Assembly: GCA_963842765.1 (NCBI GenBank) | Contig: CAWJHR010000013.1 | Location: 15,256 to 79,255, forward strand | DNA from: an uncultured Gammaproteobacteria bacterium | GTDB lineage: Bacteria; Pseudomonadota; Gammaproteobacteria; Steroidobacterales; Woeseiaceae | DNA length: 64,000 bases | Reading direction: 5' to 3' | Part shown: positions 24,935 to 36,026 of the stretch, piece by piece | How positions within the stretch are numbered: the stretch's first letter is position 1 | Layout of the letters: each line of letters begins with the position of its first letter | Program-made: the position numbers and the translations under genes | The notes under the pieces: model-generated | Told to the model about the DNA's origin: nothing | Database searches by the model: none | What the model saw: only the letters and a program-made list of their open reading frames with translations

Positions 24935-25935
24935 AGATCCAGGCAAACCAGCTCTCAGCCCATCTCAAGAAATCTCTGGCACCTTGTTACCTCGTTAGCG
25001 GCGATGAGCATTTGCTCGTGGCGGAGGCGCTGGATGCCATCCGTGCGGCGGCGCGTGAGCGCGGCTTCAGTCTGCGGGAGCTGCACGTTGCGACGGCGGG
25101 CTTCGACTGGCCGCAGCTAACGGCGTCGACCGGTAACCTGTCATTGTTCGCCGAGCAGCGCATCATCGAACTGCGTTTGCCGACCGGCAAACCCGGTCGT
25201 GTCGGTGGTGCAGCGATCGTGGATCTCGTCGGGCAATCCGGGCCGGATACGCTGTTCATTGTGACTACACCAAAACTGGATCGCGGCACGGCCGCTTCCA
25301 AATGGGCCAAGGCCATCGACAAAGCGGGCGTCACGTTGACGATTTGGCCTGTCGGTCTGCGCGAGTTACCCGGCTGGATCGCAAACCGCATGCAGCGCGC
25401 GGGCCTGAAGCCGGATCGTGATGCGGTTGCGCTGATCGCCGACCGCGTCGAAGGCAACTTGCTCGCCGCCAATCAGGAAATTGAAAAGCTGCGACTGGTG
25501 CTGGGTGAGGGTGCCGTTACGGCCGAGGATGTGAGCAACGCGGTTGTCGATAGCAGTCGCTATGACGTTTACACGCTGGCGGACGCCGCGCTCGCGGGTG
25601 ATGCCAGGCGCGCCGTCAAAATACTGGGCGGCCTGCGCGCGGAAGGCGTGTCACCGGTTATCGTGATGTGGGCGCTGACGCGTGAGCTGCGCACCTTGTC
25701 GACACTGGATGACGTGGTCCGCCAGGGCGGCGATCTCGGCGGAGCAATGCAGAAGAACGGCGTATGGCGAAATCGGCAGGGGCTCGTGCGCCAGTGCATG
25801 GGACGCCACCAGTCCGGTGATTTTCATCGCATCCTCAAAGTCAGTGGCCGCGCAGACGCCGCAGCCAAAGGTCAGCGTGCCGGCGACCCGTGGCAGATGG
25901 CAACCGATATCGTGATCGGCATGGCACGCGTATGA
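24931..25935 (+). CDS. holA: DNA polymerase III delta subunit
   Basis: 334 aa; N-terminus LAPCYLVSGDEHLLVAEALDAIR and the following nadD fit holA. TTG start overlaps the upstream stop. Confidence 0.88.
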   Translation: MKIQANQLSAHLKKSLAPCYLVSGDEHLLVAEALDAIRAAARERGFSLRELHVATAGFDWPQLTASTGNLSLFAEQRIIELRLPTGKPGRVGGAAIVDLVGQSGPDTLFIVTTPKLDRGTAASKWAKAIDKAGVTLTIWPVGLRELPGWIANRMQRAGLKPDRDAVALIADRVEGNLLAANQEIEKLRLVLGEGAVTAEDVSNAVVDSSRYDVYTLADAALAGDARRAVKILGGLRAEGVSPVIVMWALTRELRTLSTLDDVVRQGGDLGGAMQKNGVWRNRQGLVRQCMGRHQSGDFHRILKVSGRADAAAKGQRAGDPWQMATDIVIGMARV

Positions 25936-26564
25936 GGCCGGTCGGCGTTTTTGGCGGCACCTTCGATCCGATTCATTACGGCCACTTGCGCACCGCCTTC
26001 GAATTGCTGCAGGCGCTGCGCCTGGCTGAAGTACGGTTCATTCCGTGCAGCGACCCACCGCATCGCGGCAAAACGTTTGCCAGTGCGGCCGAGCGTCTGC
26101 GCATGGTCGCACTTGCCATTGACGGCCAGGAAGGCTTTGTCGCCGATGATCGGGAACTGGCGCGCGGCGGGCCGTCCTACAGCATTGACACCCTGCGGAC
26201 ATTGCGTGAGGAATTTCCGCAGCGTTCATTGGGTCTGATACTGGGTATGGATGCTTTTCTTGGACTACACACCTGGCATCGATGGGACGAAATACTCGAT
26301 GTGGCCCACATTGTGGTTGCTCACCGTCCGGGCTGGAAGGCACCGGATATCGGACCGCTCGGCGAGCTGCTCGATGAATTCGGCACGCACCGAGTGGATG
26401 ATTTGCATGAAACGCTGTGCGGCCGCATCCATATCCACGCGGTGACGCAGCTGGAAATTTCTTCGACAGAGATACGCGACCTGGTAGCGGCCGGGCGCGA
26501 TCCGCGATTCCTGATGCCGGACGCCGTGTGCCAGGCGATCGGCGAGTCTGCCTGCTATACCTGA
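25932..26564 (+). CDS. nadD: Nicotinate-nucleotide adenylyltransferase
   Basis: MRPVGVFGGTFDPIHYGHL (the (H/T)xGH motif); ATGA overlap with holA. Confidence 0.93.
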   Translation: MRPVGVFGGTFDPIHYGHLRTAFELLQALRLAEVRFIPCSDPPHRGKTFASAAERLRMVALAIDGQEGFVADDRELARGGPSYSIDTLRTLREEFPQRSLGLILGMDAFLGLHTWHRWDEILDVAHIVVAHRPGWKAPDIGPLGELLDEFGTHRVDDLHETLCGRIHIHAVTQLEISSTEIRDLVAAGRDPRFLMPDAVCQAIGESACYT

Positions 26565-26610
26565 ACTGAAAACCTTAGGAGCCGAATTTGAAAACCTGCG
26601 AGAACCACGC

Positions 26611-26964
26611 GTGAACAGTGAAAAACTCAGTGACCTGATCATCGATGCCCTCGATGACATCAAGGGTCAGGACATTGTCAAACTCGACGTACGTAACATG
26701 ACGACGGTTACTGACTACATGATCGTTGCCAGCGGCACATCGAATCGCCATGTCAAAGCAATGGTCGATAACGTCACTGAGAAAGCCAGGGAAGCCGGAC
26801 ATCGGCCTATCGGCGTCGAAGGAGAGGAAGGCGGCGAATGGGTGCTGCTCGATCTTCAGGATGCGCTGGTGCACGTCATGCTGCCCAAAGTGCGTGAGTT
26901 CTATAACCTGGAGAAGCTCTGGTCGATCGCCCCGGCGGGCGATGCGACGGCAACCGACCGGTAG
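26611..26964 (+). CDS. rsfS: Ribosomal silencing factor RsfS
   Basis: 117 aa with DIVKLDVRNMTTVTDYMIVASGTSNRHVKA...WVLLDLQDALVHVMLPKVREFYNLEKLW. GTG start. Confidence 0.92.
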   Translation: MNSEKLSDLIIDALDDIKGQDIVKLDVRNMTTVTDYMIVASGTSNRHVKAMVDNVTEKAREAGHRPIGVEGEEGGEWVLLDLQDALVHVMLPKVREFYNLEKLWSIAPAGDATATDR

Positions 26965-26967
26965 CCG

Positions 26968-27438
26968 ATGCATATTCGACTGCTAGCCGTTGGTGACCGC
27001 CAACCGTCGTGGGTGGACGAGGCTTATCGCCGTTACGCCGAGCGCCTGCCGCGTGAGTGGCGGTTTCGTCTCGACACCATCGCCACGGTGCGACGTAGCA
27101 AGAACAACAAATCGCAACAGGCAAAAGAATCGGAGGGCGAAAAAATACTGGGCAAACTGGGCGCCGATGAACACGTTGTCCTGCTCGATGAGCGTGGCAA
27201 GCAGCTTAAGAGCCGTGCGCTGGCCACGACACTGGCGGAGTGGCAGGCTGGCGGTCGCGACCTGTGTCTCATAATCGGCGGACCGGACGGAGTCTCCGAT
27301 GCCTGCCGGCAACGCGCGAATTTTACCTGGTCACTGTCTGACCTCACGTTGCCACACGGACTGGCGCGGGTGCTGGTCGTCGAGTCACTGTATCGTGCCT
27401 GGTCGCTGCAGACCGGCCATCCGTACCACCGGGCCTGA
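26968..27438 (+). CDS. rlmH: 23S rRNA (pseudouridine1915-N3)-methyltransferase
   Basis: 156 aa, MHIRLLAVGDR..., C-terminal SPOUT knot LSLSDLTLPHGLARVLVVESLYRAWSLQTGHPYH. Confidence 0.93.
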   Translation: MHIRLLAVGDRQPSWVDEAYRRYAERLPREWRFRLDTIATVRRSKNNKSQQAKESEGEKILGKLGADEHVVLLDERGKQLKSRALATTLAEWQAGGRDLCLIIGGPDGVSDACRQRANFTWSLSDLTLPHGLARVLVVESLYRAWSLQTGHPYHRA

Positions 27439-27445
27439 ACTCGTA

Positions 27446-28042
27446 ATGTCAGCTCAACCGACGCTGTTGCTTGCCTCATCATCGCCGCGCCGGCGGGAAA
27501 TTCTCAGCGCACTTGGGCTGCAATTCCTGGTCCAAAAGATTGCGGTCGACGAACGTGTGTTGCCGGGAGAAACCCCGGAACAGATGGTACTGCGACTCGC
27601 CGAGGCGAAAGCCAATGCACCGGAAATTGGGCCAGGCGATTTTGTCATCGGCGCGGATACGGCGGTCGTACTCGGCGGATCTGTGCTCGGCAAGCCGGTC
27701 GATCGGGCAGACGCCCTCGACATGCTGCTGCGGCTGTCCGGTCGCAGCCACAGTGTGCTGACGGGCGTTGCGCTGCGCGGCCCGCAGGGTGTGCGGTCGA
27801 CGTTGAGCCGCACCGACGTCAGTTTTCGTGAAATCAGCCGGGACGAGGCGCTGGCATACTGGCACAGTGGGGAACCCGGCGACAAGGCAGGCGCTTACGG
27901 CATCCAGGGGCTCGGCGGCATGTTTGTCGAAAACGTCGCCGGCAGCTATTCGGGCGTCGTTGGCCTGCCCGTTTTCGAGACGACCGAGTTGCTGCGGCAA
28001 GCCGGTTTCGACTTATTGATAAAGCACCATTCAGATGACTGA
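27446..28042 (+). CDS. maf: Maf-like nucleoside triphosphate pyrophosphatase
   Basis: LLLASSSPRRREILSALGL...GADTAVVLGG...KAGAYGIQG motifs. Confidence 0.92.
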   Translation: MSAQPTLLLASSSPRRREILSALGLQFLVQKIAVDERVLPGETPEQMVLRLAEAKANAPEIGPGDFVIGADTAVVLGGSVLGKPVDRADALDMLLRLSGRSHSVLTGVALRGPQGVRSTLSRTDVSFREISRDEALAYWHSGEPGDKAGAYGIQGLGGMFVENVAGSYSGVVGLPVFETTELLRQAGFDLLIKHHSDD

Positions 28043-29513
28043 CGAGTCCTTAAAAGAAGAGATACTAATAAACGTCACGCCGAACGAGGTGCGTGCGGCA
28101 TTGCTTGATAATGGCGTGCTGCAAGAGATCTATGTCGAACGCCTGGCGCAGCGCGGGTTGATCAGCAATATCTACAAGGGCCGCGTACTGCGCGTATTGC
28201 CCGGTATGCAGGCGGCGTTCATCGATATCGGCCTGCAACGCACGGCGTTTCTGCACGCGTCGGATATTGCGGCGAGCGGGTCGGACAACAGCAGCGATGA
28301 AGTGCCGCCAATCCGGGACCTCGTGCGTGAAGGTGACGAGATCATGGTGCAGGTTGTCAAAGACCCACTTGGTAACAAGGGTGCCCGGCTGACGACCTTT
28401 ATCACGTTGCCGTCACGCCACCTGGTGCTCCTGCCTTACAGCGACACCGTCGGCGTATCCGCCCGCATTGAAGATGAGGACGAGCGAGAGCGCCTGCGCA
28501 GCATGGTAGAGGAGATGCTGGCCGAGCGTGAGTTGTCGTGCGGCGCCATTGTCAGAACCGTCGCCGAGGGCATGGACAGCGACGCCCTGGTTGGCGACTT
28601 GAAGTACATGCTCAAACTGTGGGAAGTCGTCAGGGAGCGATGCGTCGCGGCTCCGGTCAAGTCGCTGGTGCACGAAGACCTGTCATTGCCGCTGCGCGTG
28701 TTGCGGGACATGGTCACCAGCGACATCGAAAGTATCCTCGTTGATTCGGAAGAGGATTTCGCCTTGATGCGCGATTTTGCGTCGACCTACTTGCCTGATA
28801 TCAACGTGAACATTGAACTGTACAAGCGTCGCCGGCCGATTTTCGACCTGCACGGTATCGAGGACGAAATTCGACGCTCGCTGGATCGCAGTATTCCACT
28901 CAAGTCCGGCGGCTACCTTATTTTCGATCAAACCGAGGCGATGACGACGATCGATATCAATACCGGCGGCTACGTCGGACATCGCAACCTTGAAGAGACG
29001 ATTTACCGTACCAATCTCGAAGCCGCTGTCGCCATCGCGCGGCAGCTGCGCCTGCGAAACCTCGGCGGCATCATCATTATCGACTTTATTGATATGGAGG
29101 AGGCCGACCACCGCGAAAACGTATTGCAGGCACTTGAGCGCGCTCTTGCAAAGGACCATGCGCGACACCAGCTCACACCTGTGTCGCCGTTGGGGCTGGT
29201 CGAAATGACCCGCAAGCGCACGCGCGAGAGTCTGCAACATGTACTTTGCGAGGATTGCCCGAGCTGCAGTGGTCGTGGTTTCGTCATGACTGCCGAGACG
29301 GTTGGTTTTGAAATTTTTCGCGAGATCATTCGCCAGTCACGACAGTTCGAGTTTGACGAGGTCATGGTCCTTGCACACCAGGATGTCATCGAGCTGCTGC
29401 TCGATGAACAGGCGCGCAGCCTTGCAGAACTTGGCGAATTGACCGGAAAATCGATTCGATTGCAGACCGAGTCCCTGTACCTGCAGGATCAATTCGACGT
29501 CATCTTGATGTGA
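28035..29513 (+). CDS. rng: Ribonuclease G
   Basis: 492 aa, S1 domain NIYKGRVLRVLPGMQAAFIDIG and RNase E/G catalytic core; maf-rng-yhdP synteny. Confidence 0.93.
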   Translation: MTDESLKEEILINVTPNEVRAALLDNGVLQEIYVERLAQRGLISNIYKGRVLRVLPGMQAAFIDIGLQRTAFLHASDIAASGSDNSSDEVPPIRDLVREGDEIMVQVVKDPLGNKGARLTTFITLPSRHLVLLPYSDTVGVSARIEDEDERERLRSMVEEMLAERELSCGAIVRTVAEGMDSDALVGDLKYMLKLWEVVRERCVAAPVKSLVHEDLSLPLRVLRDMVTSDIESILVDSEEDFALMRDFASTYLPDINVNIELYKRRRPIFDLHGIEDEIRRSLDRSIPLKSGGYLIFDQTEAMTTIDINTGGYVGHRNLEETIYRTNLEAAVAIARQLRLRNLGGIIIIDFIDMEEADHRENVLQALERALAKDHARHQLTPVSPLGLVEMTRKRTRESLQHVLCEDCPSCSGRGFVMTAETVGFEIFREIIRQSRQFEFDEVMVLAHQDVIELLLDEQARSLAELGELTGKSIRLQTESLYLQDQFDVILM

Positions 29514-29529
29514 GGAGCCGTAAGATTCG

Positions 29530-32500
29530 ATGAAACAGTTCCTGCAGCGCTTGATCAGGTTTGTCGCCTACACGGCGGCCGGCGTCCTGATTGCGCTCGC
29601 CATTGCTGTCGGGCTGTTTCGACTGTTCCTGCCGCGGTTGCCGGCGTACCAGGCGGAAATCAAGGACTGGGCAAGTGCGGCAATCGGCATGCAGGTCGAG
29701 TTCACCGGCATGGATGCGCGCTGGGGACTCAGCGGCCCGGAGCTCAGGTTTTACAACACAGAACTCACGCGGCCTGGCAGTGAGACTTCGCTGGTTGCGG
29801 CTAACGAAGTGCGTGTTGGCGTTGCGCTGACGCGCTTGCTGGCCGATGGCACGCCGGTGATCGATCTGGTCGTCATCCGCGATACCCGCATCGATGTGCG
29901 CGAGCGTGAAGACGGGCGCTGGGAAGCGCAGGGCAGCGTCATCGACGAGCTGTTCAAGTCGCCCGCGGGAGAGAGCCGCCTGCCGGCAGACCTGCGGCTC
30001 GTCGGTGAGAATTTAAGCCTTGGTGTGCAGCGACTCGGCGATGCCCAGGCACGTCTTTTTACAGTGCCGCGCACGGTGTTGAGCATCGACAGCAAGCGCA
30101 TCGCGTTCGATGCTGCGGTGCGTTTGCCCGCCGACCTGGGCCGGCAGTTACGGGTCTCGGCCACGCAGCGACTGGAGGTGCCGGTAGCCGAAAAGGGCCA
30201 CTGGAATGTGACGGTTGAGGCCGACTCCGTGGATCTCGCTGGCTGGACGGCTTTGCAGAGTATTCAGGACAAGCGTCTGCAATCGGGTAGCGGCGATCTG
30301 GAGCTGGCTATCGACTACGCGGCGGGTCATATCCGTAATGCGAGTGCCCGTGTCGAATTTGCAGATGTCGCTTTGGGCGATGCGCCGAGCTTTGACGTTA
30401 GTGGGCGATTCGAATTCAACGCGACAGCGGATGGCTGGCTTGCTGCTGCCGAAGAGCTGCAACTGGCAACCGCGGAGAATACCTGGCCCGAAGCGTCAGT
30501 GCGCGTGGAAGCGAGTACCGATGCCGATGACAAAATTGTGATGATGGACGTGCGTGCGTCTTATGCGAACCTGGCGGACATGCGGTTGTTTGCGCCATGG
30601 CTGGCCGCGGAGCAGCAGCAGGAGTTACTCGACCTCAAGCCGGACGGTGTTGTGCGCGATCTCGTAGCGACGGTATCCGATATCGATACCGAGCAGCCGC
30701 GTTTTGATATTGCCGCTACGCTCGAGGGTGTTGGGCTGGCGGCAAAGGCAGAGCGTCCCGGCGTGCGCGGATTCACCGGGCTGTTGCGCGCGAACCGCCT
30801 GGGTGGGCGTCTGGAAATACGCTCGAGTGACATGACCGTTGAGCTTCCCGAGTACCTGCCAGAGCCGGTCGTCGTTGATGCTGCGAACGGCACCGTCATC
30901 TGGCGCCATAGCGACGGGCGCACTACCGTTTTATCCGACAGTATCCGGATCAGCAACGAGGTTTTCGAAAGCCAGAGCAACGTGCAATTGACGCTGGCCA
31001 GCGACGGTTCGAAACCGGTGATCGATCTTGCCAGCAACTGGCGCATTAACGATATCTCAGCGGTCACAAGCTACCTCCCGCAGAAAGTCATCAAGCCGAA
31101 GCTTTACAACTGGTTTCAGGCGGCGCTCGTTAAAGGCTCGATACCAACCGGTACGACCGTGCTCAGTGGGCCGCTGGACAAGTTTCCGTTTGATAACAAT
31201 GAAGGCCAATTTCGTGTCGAAGCGTCGGTACGCAACCTGACTTTCAAATACCAGCCGCGCTGGCCGGCGGCGACCGAGGCAGATATGGAGGTTGTGCTTG
31301 ACGGGATGCGACTTTACTCGGATAGCAATCGATTCTCGAACGCCGGCAATCTCGCGGTTGATGCCAAAGTCGAGATCGCTGATTTGCGTGATCCTGTCCT
31401 GACCATCGACGCTTTCTCCACGGGCACGCTCCAGACGATTCGTCAGTTTTGTGTTGATAGTCCGATCAACGAGGTATTTGGCGGTCAGCTGGACCGGGTC
31501 ACTGTTGCCGGAGAGGCCTCATTTTCGCTGGATCTGATCGTGCCACTCAAAGACTCTGCCGCGTTTGATTTCACCAGCGTCATCAGGAGTAACAACGGCA
31601 CGCTCGCGATCGAAGGATTCGACCCGCCAATTTCGGATCTGATTGGTGAAGTGACGATCGGGCGCAATGCAATTTCCAGCCAGTCGTTGGGTGCGCAGTT
31701 TCTCGGCGCGCCGATCAGAATTGATCTGACGCGCGCAGATGAGGCTCCTTATAGCGTGATCGCGACCGCGCGGGGCTCGGTAGCGGCGAACGGCATCATC
31801 AATGATCTCGGCGTGCCGCTCGACGGATTGATCAGCGGTGCAACTGCCTACGAAGCGCGCATTTTGTTTCCCGGAGGCAATGACGAGCAACCGCAGCCCT
31901 TGACGATTCAAATCGCGAGTGACCTTATGGGACTGGCCTTGAACCTGCCGGAGCCCGTCAGTAAATCGGCAGAGTCGACGTTGCAGGTCAGCGGCGATAT
32001 CCGTTTCATGCCCGGTGGTGAAGTGATCGAGAGTGCCGGGTCTGCCGAGACGCCACTGGCCTGGCAACTCGCGTTTAACAAGGGCGATGACGCGTGGGAT
32101 TTTGATCGTGGCGTCGTCACATTAGGGCGCGATGTGCCGCAGCCTGCCGATGTGCGCGGACTGCATATTCGCGGCACTACCGATACCGTGCGGCTCGAAG
32201 ACTGGCTGAACGTTTCGCGTAGCGGTAACAATAATGTCGGCGCCGCGGATCGCATTCGCTCGATCGAGCTTGGCATTGCTGATCTCTATGCCGTTGGCCA
32301 GCATCTCAAGGGGCATCAGCTGAGCGTCGATCGGAGCGCACGCGACTGGCTGGTGCAAATCGATGGCGACGACATGGTGGGTTCGATTTTCGTGCCTTAC
32401 GAATTCGATTCGGAGCGTGCGATGGTCATTGAAATGGAGCGCATGCGGCTGCCTGGTGACGACAGCTCGACCGGTGACCCGGCCAAGCTCGATCCGCGCA

Positions 32501-33384
32501 AACTCCCGCCGATAACGGTGACGGCCAAAGACTTTGCGCTCGGCGATCGTTATCTGGGCACGCTGGATGCGCGTGTGGAGAGGGTAGCGGGTGGCCTGGA
32601 AGCGACGTCGATCATAACCAAGGACGAAACCTTCGAGGTCGCGGCTACAGGGCGCTGGCTGGCAGACGATGCCGACGAGCTTGGCAGTCGCACGACTATC
32701 TCAGGCTCGATGACCAGCCGTGATGTCATGCGCACGATGACGCGACTGGGCTTTGCACCGGGCATTGTCAGCGACTCGATGACTGCGCAGTTTGACGTGA
32801 ACTGGTCCGGCGGGCCGCGCGCGGAATTTCTCGATGTGCTCGATGGCGAGGTGCAGGTGCGTTTTGGCAACGGCCAGCTGGAGGAGGTCGAGCCGGGCGC
32901 CGGGCGCGTGTTCGGACTGATGAGTGTCGTCGCATTGCCGCGGCGGTTGTCACTCGATTTTCGCGACGTGTTCAACAAGGGATTCGGTTTCGACAAGATC
33001 GACGGCACGTTTCGTATTGAGGACGGCCAGACTTACACCTGTGACCTGTCACTTGAAGGGCCGGCCGCCGACATCGGCATTGTCGGCCACGCGGATCTTG
33101 TAAACCGTGACTACGATCAGGCGGCGATCGTCAGCGCCAATGTTGGCAATACGCTGCCTATCGTCGGCGCCGTCGTGGCGGGGCCGCAGGTTGCTGCCGC
33201 TCTGTTGATTTTCTCGCAGATCTTCAAAAAGCCGTTGCAGGAAGTCGGCCAGGTGTATTACTCGATTAGTGGTTCCTGGGATGAGCCGACCATCGATGGC
33301 GCGGATGCCGCTATTTTTGCGAATCGTGGCGCGATGGCCGGGTGCCTTGCCAATGCCGACGATCCTCAGACGCAAAGCAACTGA
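29530..33384 (+). CDS. yhdP: YhdP/AsmA-like large envelope protein
   Basis: 1284-aa uninterrupted ORF with a single N-terminal TM helix. Its position between rng and nitrilase/tldD is identical to E. coli yhdP and its Pseudomonas counterpart. Confidence 0.85.
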   Translation: MKQFLQRLIRFVAYTAAGVLIALAIAVGLFRLFLPRLPAYQAEIKDWASAAIGMQVEFTGMDARWGLSGPELRFYNTELTRPGSETSLVAANEVRVGVALTRLLADGTPVIDLVVIRDTRIDVREREDGRWEAQGSVIDELFKSPAGESRLPADLRLVGENLSLGVQRLGDAQARLFTVPRTVLSIDSKRIAFDAAVRLPADLGRQLRVSATQRLEVPVAEKGHWNVTVEADSVDLAGWTALQSIQDKRLQSGSGDLELAIDYAAGHIRNASARVEFADVALGDAPSFDVSGRFEFNATADGWLAAAEELQLATAENTWPEASVRVEASTDADDKIVMMDVRASYANLADMRLFAPWLAAEQQQELLDLKPDGVVRDLVATVSDIDTEQPRFDIAATLEGVGLAAKAERPGVRGFTGLLRANRLGGRLEIRSSDMTVELPEYLPEPVVVDAANGTVIWRHSDGRTTVLSDSIRISNEVFESQSNVQLTLASDGSKPVIDLASNWRINDISAVTSYLPQKVIKPKLYNWFQAALVKGSIPTGTTVLSGPLDKFPFDNNEGQFRVEASVRNLTFKYQPRWPAATEADMEVVLDGMRLYSDSNRFSNAGNLAVDAKVEIADLRDPVLTIDAFSTGTLQTIRQFCVDSPINEVFGGQLDRVTVAGEASFSLDLIVPLKDSAAFDFTSVIRSNNGTLAIEGFDPPISDLIGEVTIGRNAISSQSLGAQFLGAPIRIDLTRADEAPYSVIATARGSVAANGIINDLGVPLDGLISGATAYEARILFPGGNDEQPQPLTIQIASDLMGLALNLPEPVSKSAESTLQVSGDIRFMPGGEVIESAGSAETPLAWQLAFNKGDDAWDFDRGVVTLGRDVPQPADVRGLHIRGTTDTVRLEDWLNVSRSGNNNVGAADRIRSIELGIADLYAVGQHLKGHQLSVDRSARDWLVQIDGDDMVGSIFVPYEFDSERAMVIEMERMRLPGDDSSTGDPAKLDPRKLPPITVTAKDFALGDRYLGTLDARVERVAGGLEATSIITKDETFEVAATGRWLADDADELGSRTTISGSMTSRDVMRTMTRLGFAPGIVSDSMTAQFDVNWSGGPRAEFLDVLDGEVQVRFGNGQLEEVEPGAGRVFGLMSVVALPRRLSLDFRDVFNKGFGFDKIDGTFRIEDGQTYTCDLSLEGPAADIGIVGHADLVNRDYDQAAIVSANVGNTLPIVGAVVAGPQVAAALLIFSQIFKKPLQEVGQVYYSISGSWDEPTIDGADAAIFANRGAMAGCLANADDPQTQSN

Positions 33385-33395
33385 AACGGAATGCC

Positions 33396-34208
33396 ATGCG
33401 CGTAGCAGCACTGCAAATGAACAGCGGCTCGGAGGTACCGACGAATCTCGAAGTCGCCGAGCGCCTGATCAGCGAGGCTGCGAGCGACGGCTGCGAGCTG
33501 GTTGTGCTGCCCGAGAACTTTGCGCTAATGCCGGAGCGCGCTACCGACAAGGCCGCGCATGCCGAAGCGCCGGGGAGCGGGCCGATCCAGAGTTTCTTGT
33601 CGGATGCCGCGCGTCGCTATTCGGTGTGGATCATCGGCGGCAGCCTGCCGCTCGTGTCACCTGAAACGGCTGCCGGGCGCGTTTACGGCGCCTGTCCGGT
33701 CTACGATCCGACCGGTGCCTGCAAAGCCCTGTACCGAAAAATTCACCTGTTCGACGTGGATCTCGCGGAGAAGCAGGAGTCCTATCGCGAGTCACACTCG
33801 ATGTATCCGGGCGACGAGGTTGTATCAGTCACGACGCCCTGTGGACGGGTCGGTCTCACGATTTGCTACGACCTGCGTTTTCCGGAGATGTATCGACAGC
33901 TGGTGGACGCGGGCGCGACGGTGTTTACGGTGCCGGCGGCCTTCACCGTCACCACGGGCAAAGCGCACTGGAAGACGTTGCTGCGCGCGCGCGCAATTGA
34001 GAATCTGGCCTATGTCATCGCGGCCGGGCAATATGGCCAGCATCCTGACAACCGCTCGACGTTCGGGCACTCAATGATCTGCGATCCCTGGGGACGGGTG
34101 ATCGCCGAGCAACCTGCTGGTAATTGCGTGGTGGCCGCCGATATCGACCCGCAGCTGCCGGCGAAACTGCGGGCTGAGTTTCCCGCACTGAGCAACCGGC
34201 GTCTCTGA
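33396..34208 (+). CDS. Carbon-nitrogen hydrolase (nitrilase superfamily) protein
   Basis: MRVAALQMNSG...VVLPENF...KIHLFD...ICYDLRFPE (Glu-Lys-Cys triad contexts). Confidence 0.88.
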   Translation: MRVAALQMNSGSEVPTNLEVAERLISEAASDGCELVVLPENFALMPERATDKAAHAEAPGSGPIQSFLSDAARRYSVWIIGGSLPLVSPETAAGRVYGACPVYDPTGACKALYRKIHLFDVDLAEKQESYRESHSMYPGDEVVSVTTPCGRVGLTICYDLRFPEMYRQLVDAGATVFTVPAAFTVTTGKAHWKTLLRARAIENLAYVIAAGQYGQHPDNRSTFGHSMICDPWGRVIAEQPAGNCVVAADIDPQLPAKLRAEFPALSNRRL

Positions 34209-34247
34209 CGCGGGTCGCTACAACAAGACCTAAGGAGCTATGCACCC

Positions 34248-35702
34248 ATGAGCAATGGGAACGACAATAATCCAATCGATACGGTCATGGCGCGTTTGCT
34301 GGAGCCGGCCGGGCTCGGCGAGCGGCAGCTCAGCAGTGCGCTGGGAGCGGTCATGCGCGGCGGCGTCGATTATGCCGACCTGTACTTTCAGGTCAGTCGA
34401 CAGGAAAGCTGGATGCTCGAAGACGGCATCATTCGCGAAGGCAGTTTCAACCTGGACCAGGGCGTGGGGGTGCGCGCCACGAGCGGCGAGAAGACCGGAT
34501 TTGCCTACTCTGACGAGCTGATAATGCCGGCGCTCGAGCAGGCCGCCGGTGCCGCGCGCGCGATCGCACGCCAGGGTCAGGACAAGCGCCTGCAGGCGTG
34601 GCATCGCAGTGAGGCCGTGCCGCTGTATCCGTTTCTCGATCCAACGACCAGCATTGACGACGCGGACAAGACGGCGATGTTGTGCGAAATTGACGCGGCC
34701 ACCCGTGCACTCGACGAGCGTGTCGAGCAGGTCATTGTGAGTTTGTCCAGCAGCCAGGAGCTAATGCTCGTTGCTGCATCCGATGGCACGATGGCCGCGG
34801 ATGTGCGGCCGCTGGTGCGGCTGAACGTCTCGGTGATTCTCGAGGAGAACGGCCAGCGCGAGCAGGGCTTCTCCGGGGGTGGTGCCCGAACGGATTTACA
34901 TTACTTTCTGGACAGTGATCGCCCCATGCAGTTTGCGCGCGAAGCCGTGCGCCTCGCGGCAGTGCAGCTCGAGGCGGCACCTGCGCCAGCGGGCACCATG
35001 CCAGTCGTGCTGGGTCCCGGTTGGCCCGGCGTGCTGTTGCACGAGGCTGTCGGTCACGGACTGGAAGGCGATTTCAATCGGAAAGGGGTATCGGCGTTCA
35101 GCGGCAAACTGGGACAGAAAGTTGCCGCAAAGAATTGCACGATCGTCGATGACGGCACGATCGAGCAGCGCCGTGGCTCATTATCCGTCGACGATGAGGG
35201 TACGCCGGGACAAAACACGGTACTGATCGAAAACGGCATATTGATCGCTTACATGCAGGACAAACTCAACGCTCGACTGATGGGCATGACACCGACCGGC
35301 AACGGGCGGCGGGAATCGTACGCACACGTGCCGATGCCGCGCATGACCAACACCTATATGCTGGCGGGCCAGCACGCCCACGAAGACATAATCGCCTCCG
35401 TTGATAAAGGTATCTATGCGCCGAGTTTCTCGGGCGGCCAGGTCGACATTACGTCAGGAAAATTCGTATTCTCGGCGAATGAGGCCTACCTGATAGAGAA
35501 CGGCAAAGTCACCACTCCGGTCAAAGGCGCCATGCTGATTGGCGATGGCCCCGAAGCTCTGCACAAGATATCGATGGTCGGCGACAACCTGGAGCTTGAT
35601 ACGGGTGTTGGCGTTTGCGGGAAGGAAGGGCAGTCAGTTCCGGTGGGCGTAGGCCAGCCGACCCTGAAAATTGACGAGCTCACCGTCGGCGGTACGGCCT
35701 GA
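34248..35702 (+). CDS. tldD: Metalloprotease TldD
   Basis: 484 aa with [11 protein letters not shown], the TldD HExxxH motif. Confidence 0.94.
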   Translation: MSNGNDNNPIDTVMARLLEPAGLGERQLSSALGAVMRGGVDYADLYFQVSRQESWMLEDGIIREGSFNLDQGVGVRATSGEKTGFAYSDELIMPALEQAAGAARAIARQGQDKRLQAWHRSEAVPLYPFLDPTTSIDDADKTAMLCEIDAATRALDERVEQVIVSLSSSQELMLVAASDGTMAADVRPLVRLNVSVILEENGQREQGFSGGGARTDLHYFLDSDRPMQFAREAVRLAAVQLEAAPAPAGTMPVVLGPGWPGVLLHEAVGHGLEGDFNRKGVSAFSGKLGQKVAAKNCTIVDDGTIEQRRGSLSVDDEGTPGQNTVLIENGILIAYMQDKLNARLMGMTPTGNGRRESYAHVPMPRMTNTYMLAGQHAHEDIIASVDKGIYAPSFSGGQVDITSGKFVFSANEAYLIENGKVTTPVKGAMLIGDGPEALHKISMVGDNLELDTGVGVCGKEGQSVPVGVGQPTLKIDELTVGGTA

Positions 35703-35789
35703 TACAGCCGGCGATTGGACGGCGCGCCACTGGACACCGCGCCGTGTCTATGGACAATGAGGTGACTCAATCGCCGCGGTAACAAGATT

Positions 35790-36005
35790 ATGTGGGTCGT
35801 GAAGCCAATCTACGAGAGCTTGCCGTACTTCTACCTGATCGTCGGAGCGATCTCGTTCGGCGCATCGATGGTGATCAGTCACTGGTACTGGCCGGAGATC
35901 TGCTTCGTAGTGGGCCTGCTTTGCCTGGTCGGCGGCCTTGTTGTCTTGCTGAAACGTCGCGATTACCGGGTTTCGGACAAGCGCCCGGGCTCGAAGCAAG
36001 ACTAG
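35790..36005 (+). CDS. Small two-helix membrane protein, hypothetical
   Basis: 71-aa ORF with two clear hydrophobic helices and a basic tail (KRRDYRVSDKRPG). No family recognised. Confidence 0.5.
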   Translation: MWVVKPIYESLPYFYLIVGAISFGASMVISHWYWPEICFVVGLLCLVGGLVVLLKRRDYRVSDKRPGSKQD

Positions 36006-36026
36006 GCGAAAATAGCGCCCTGCGAG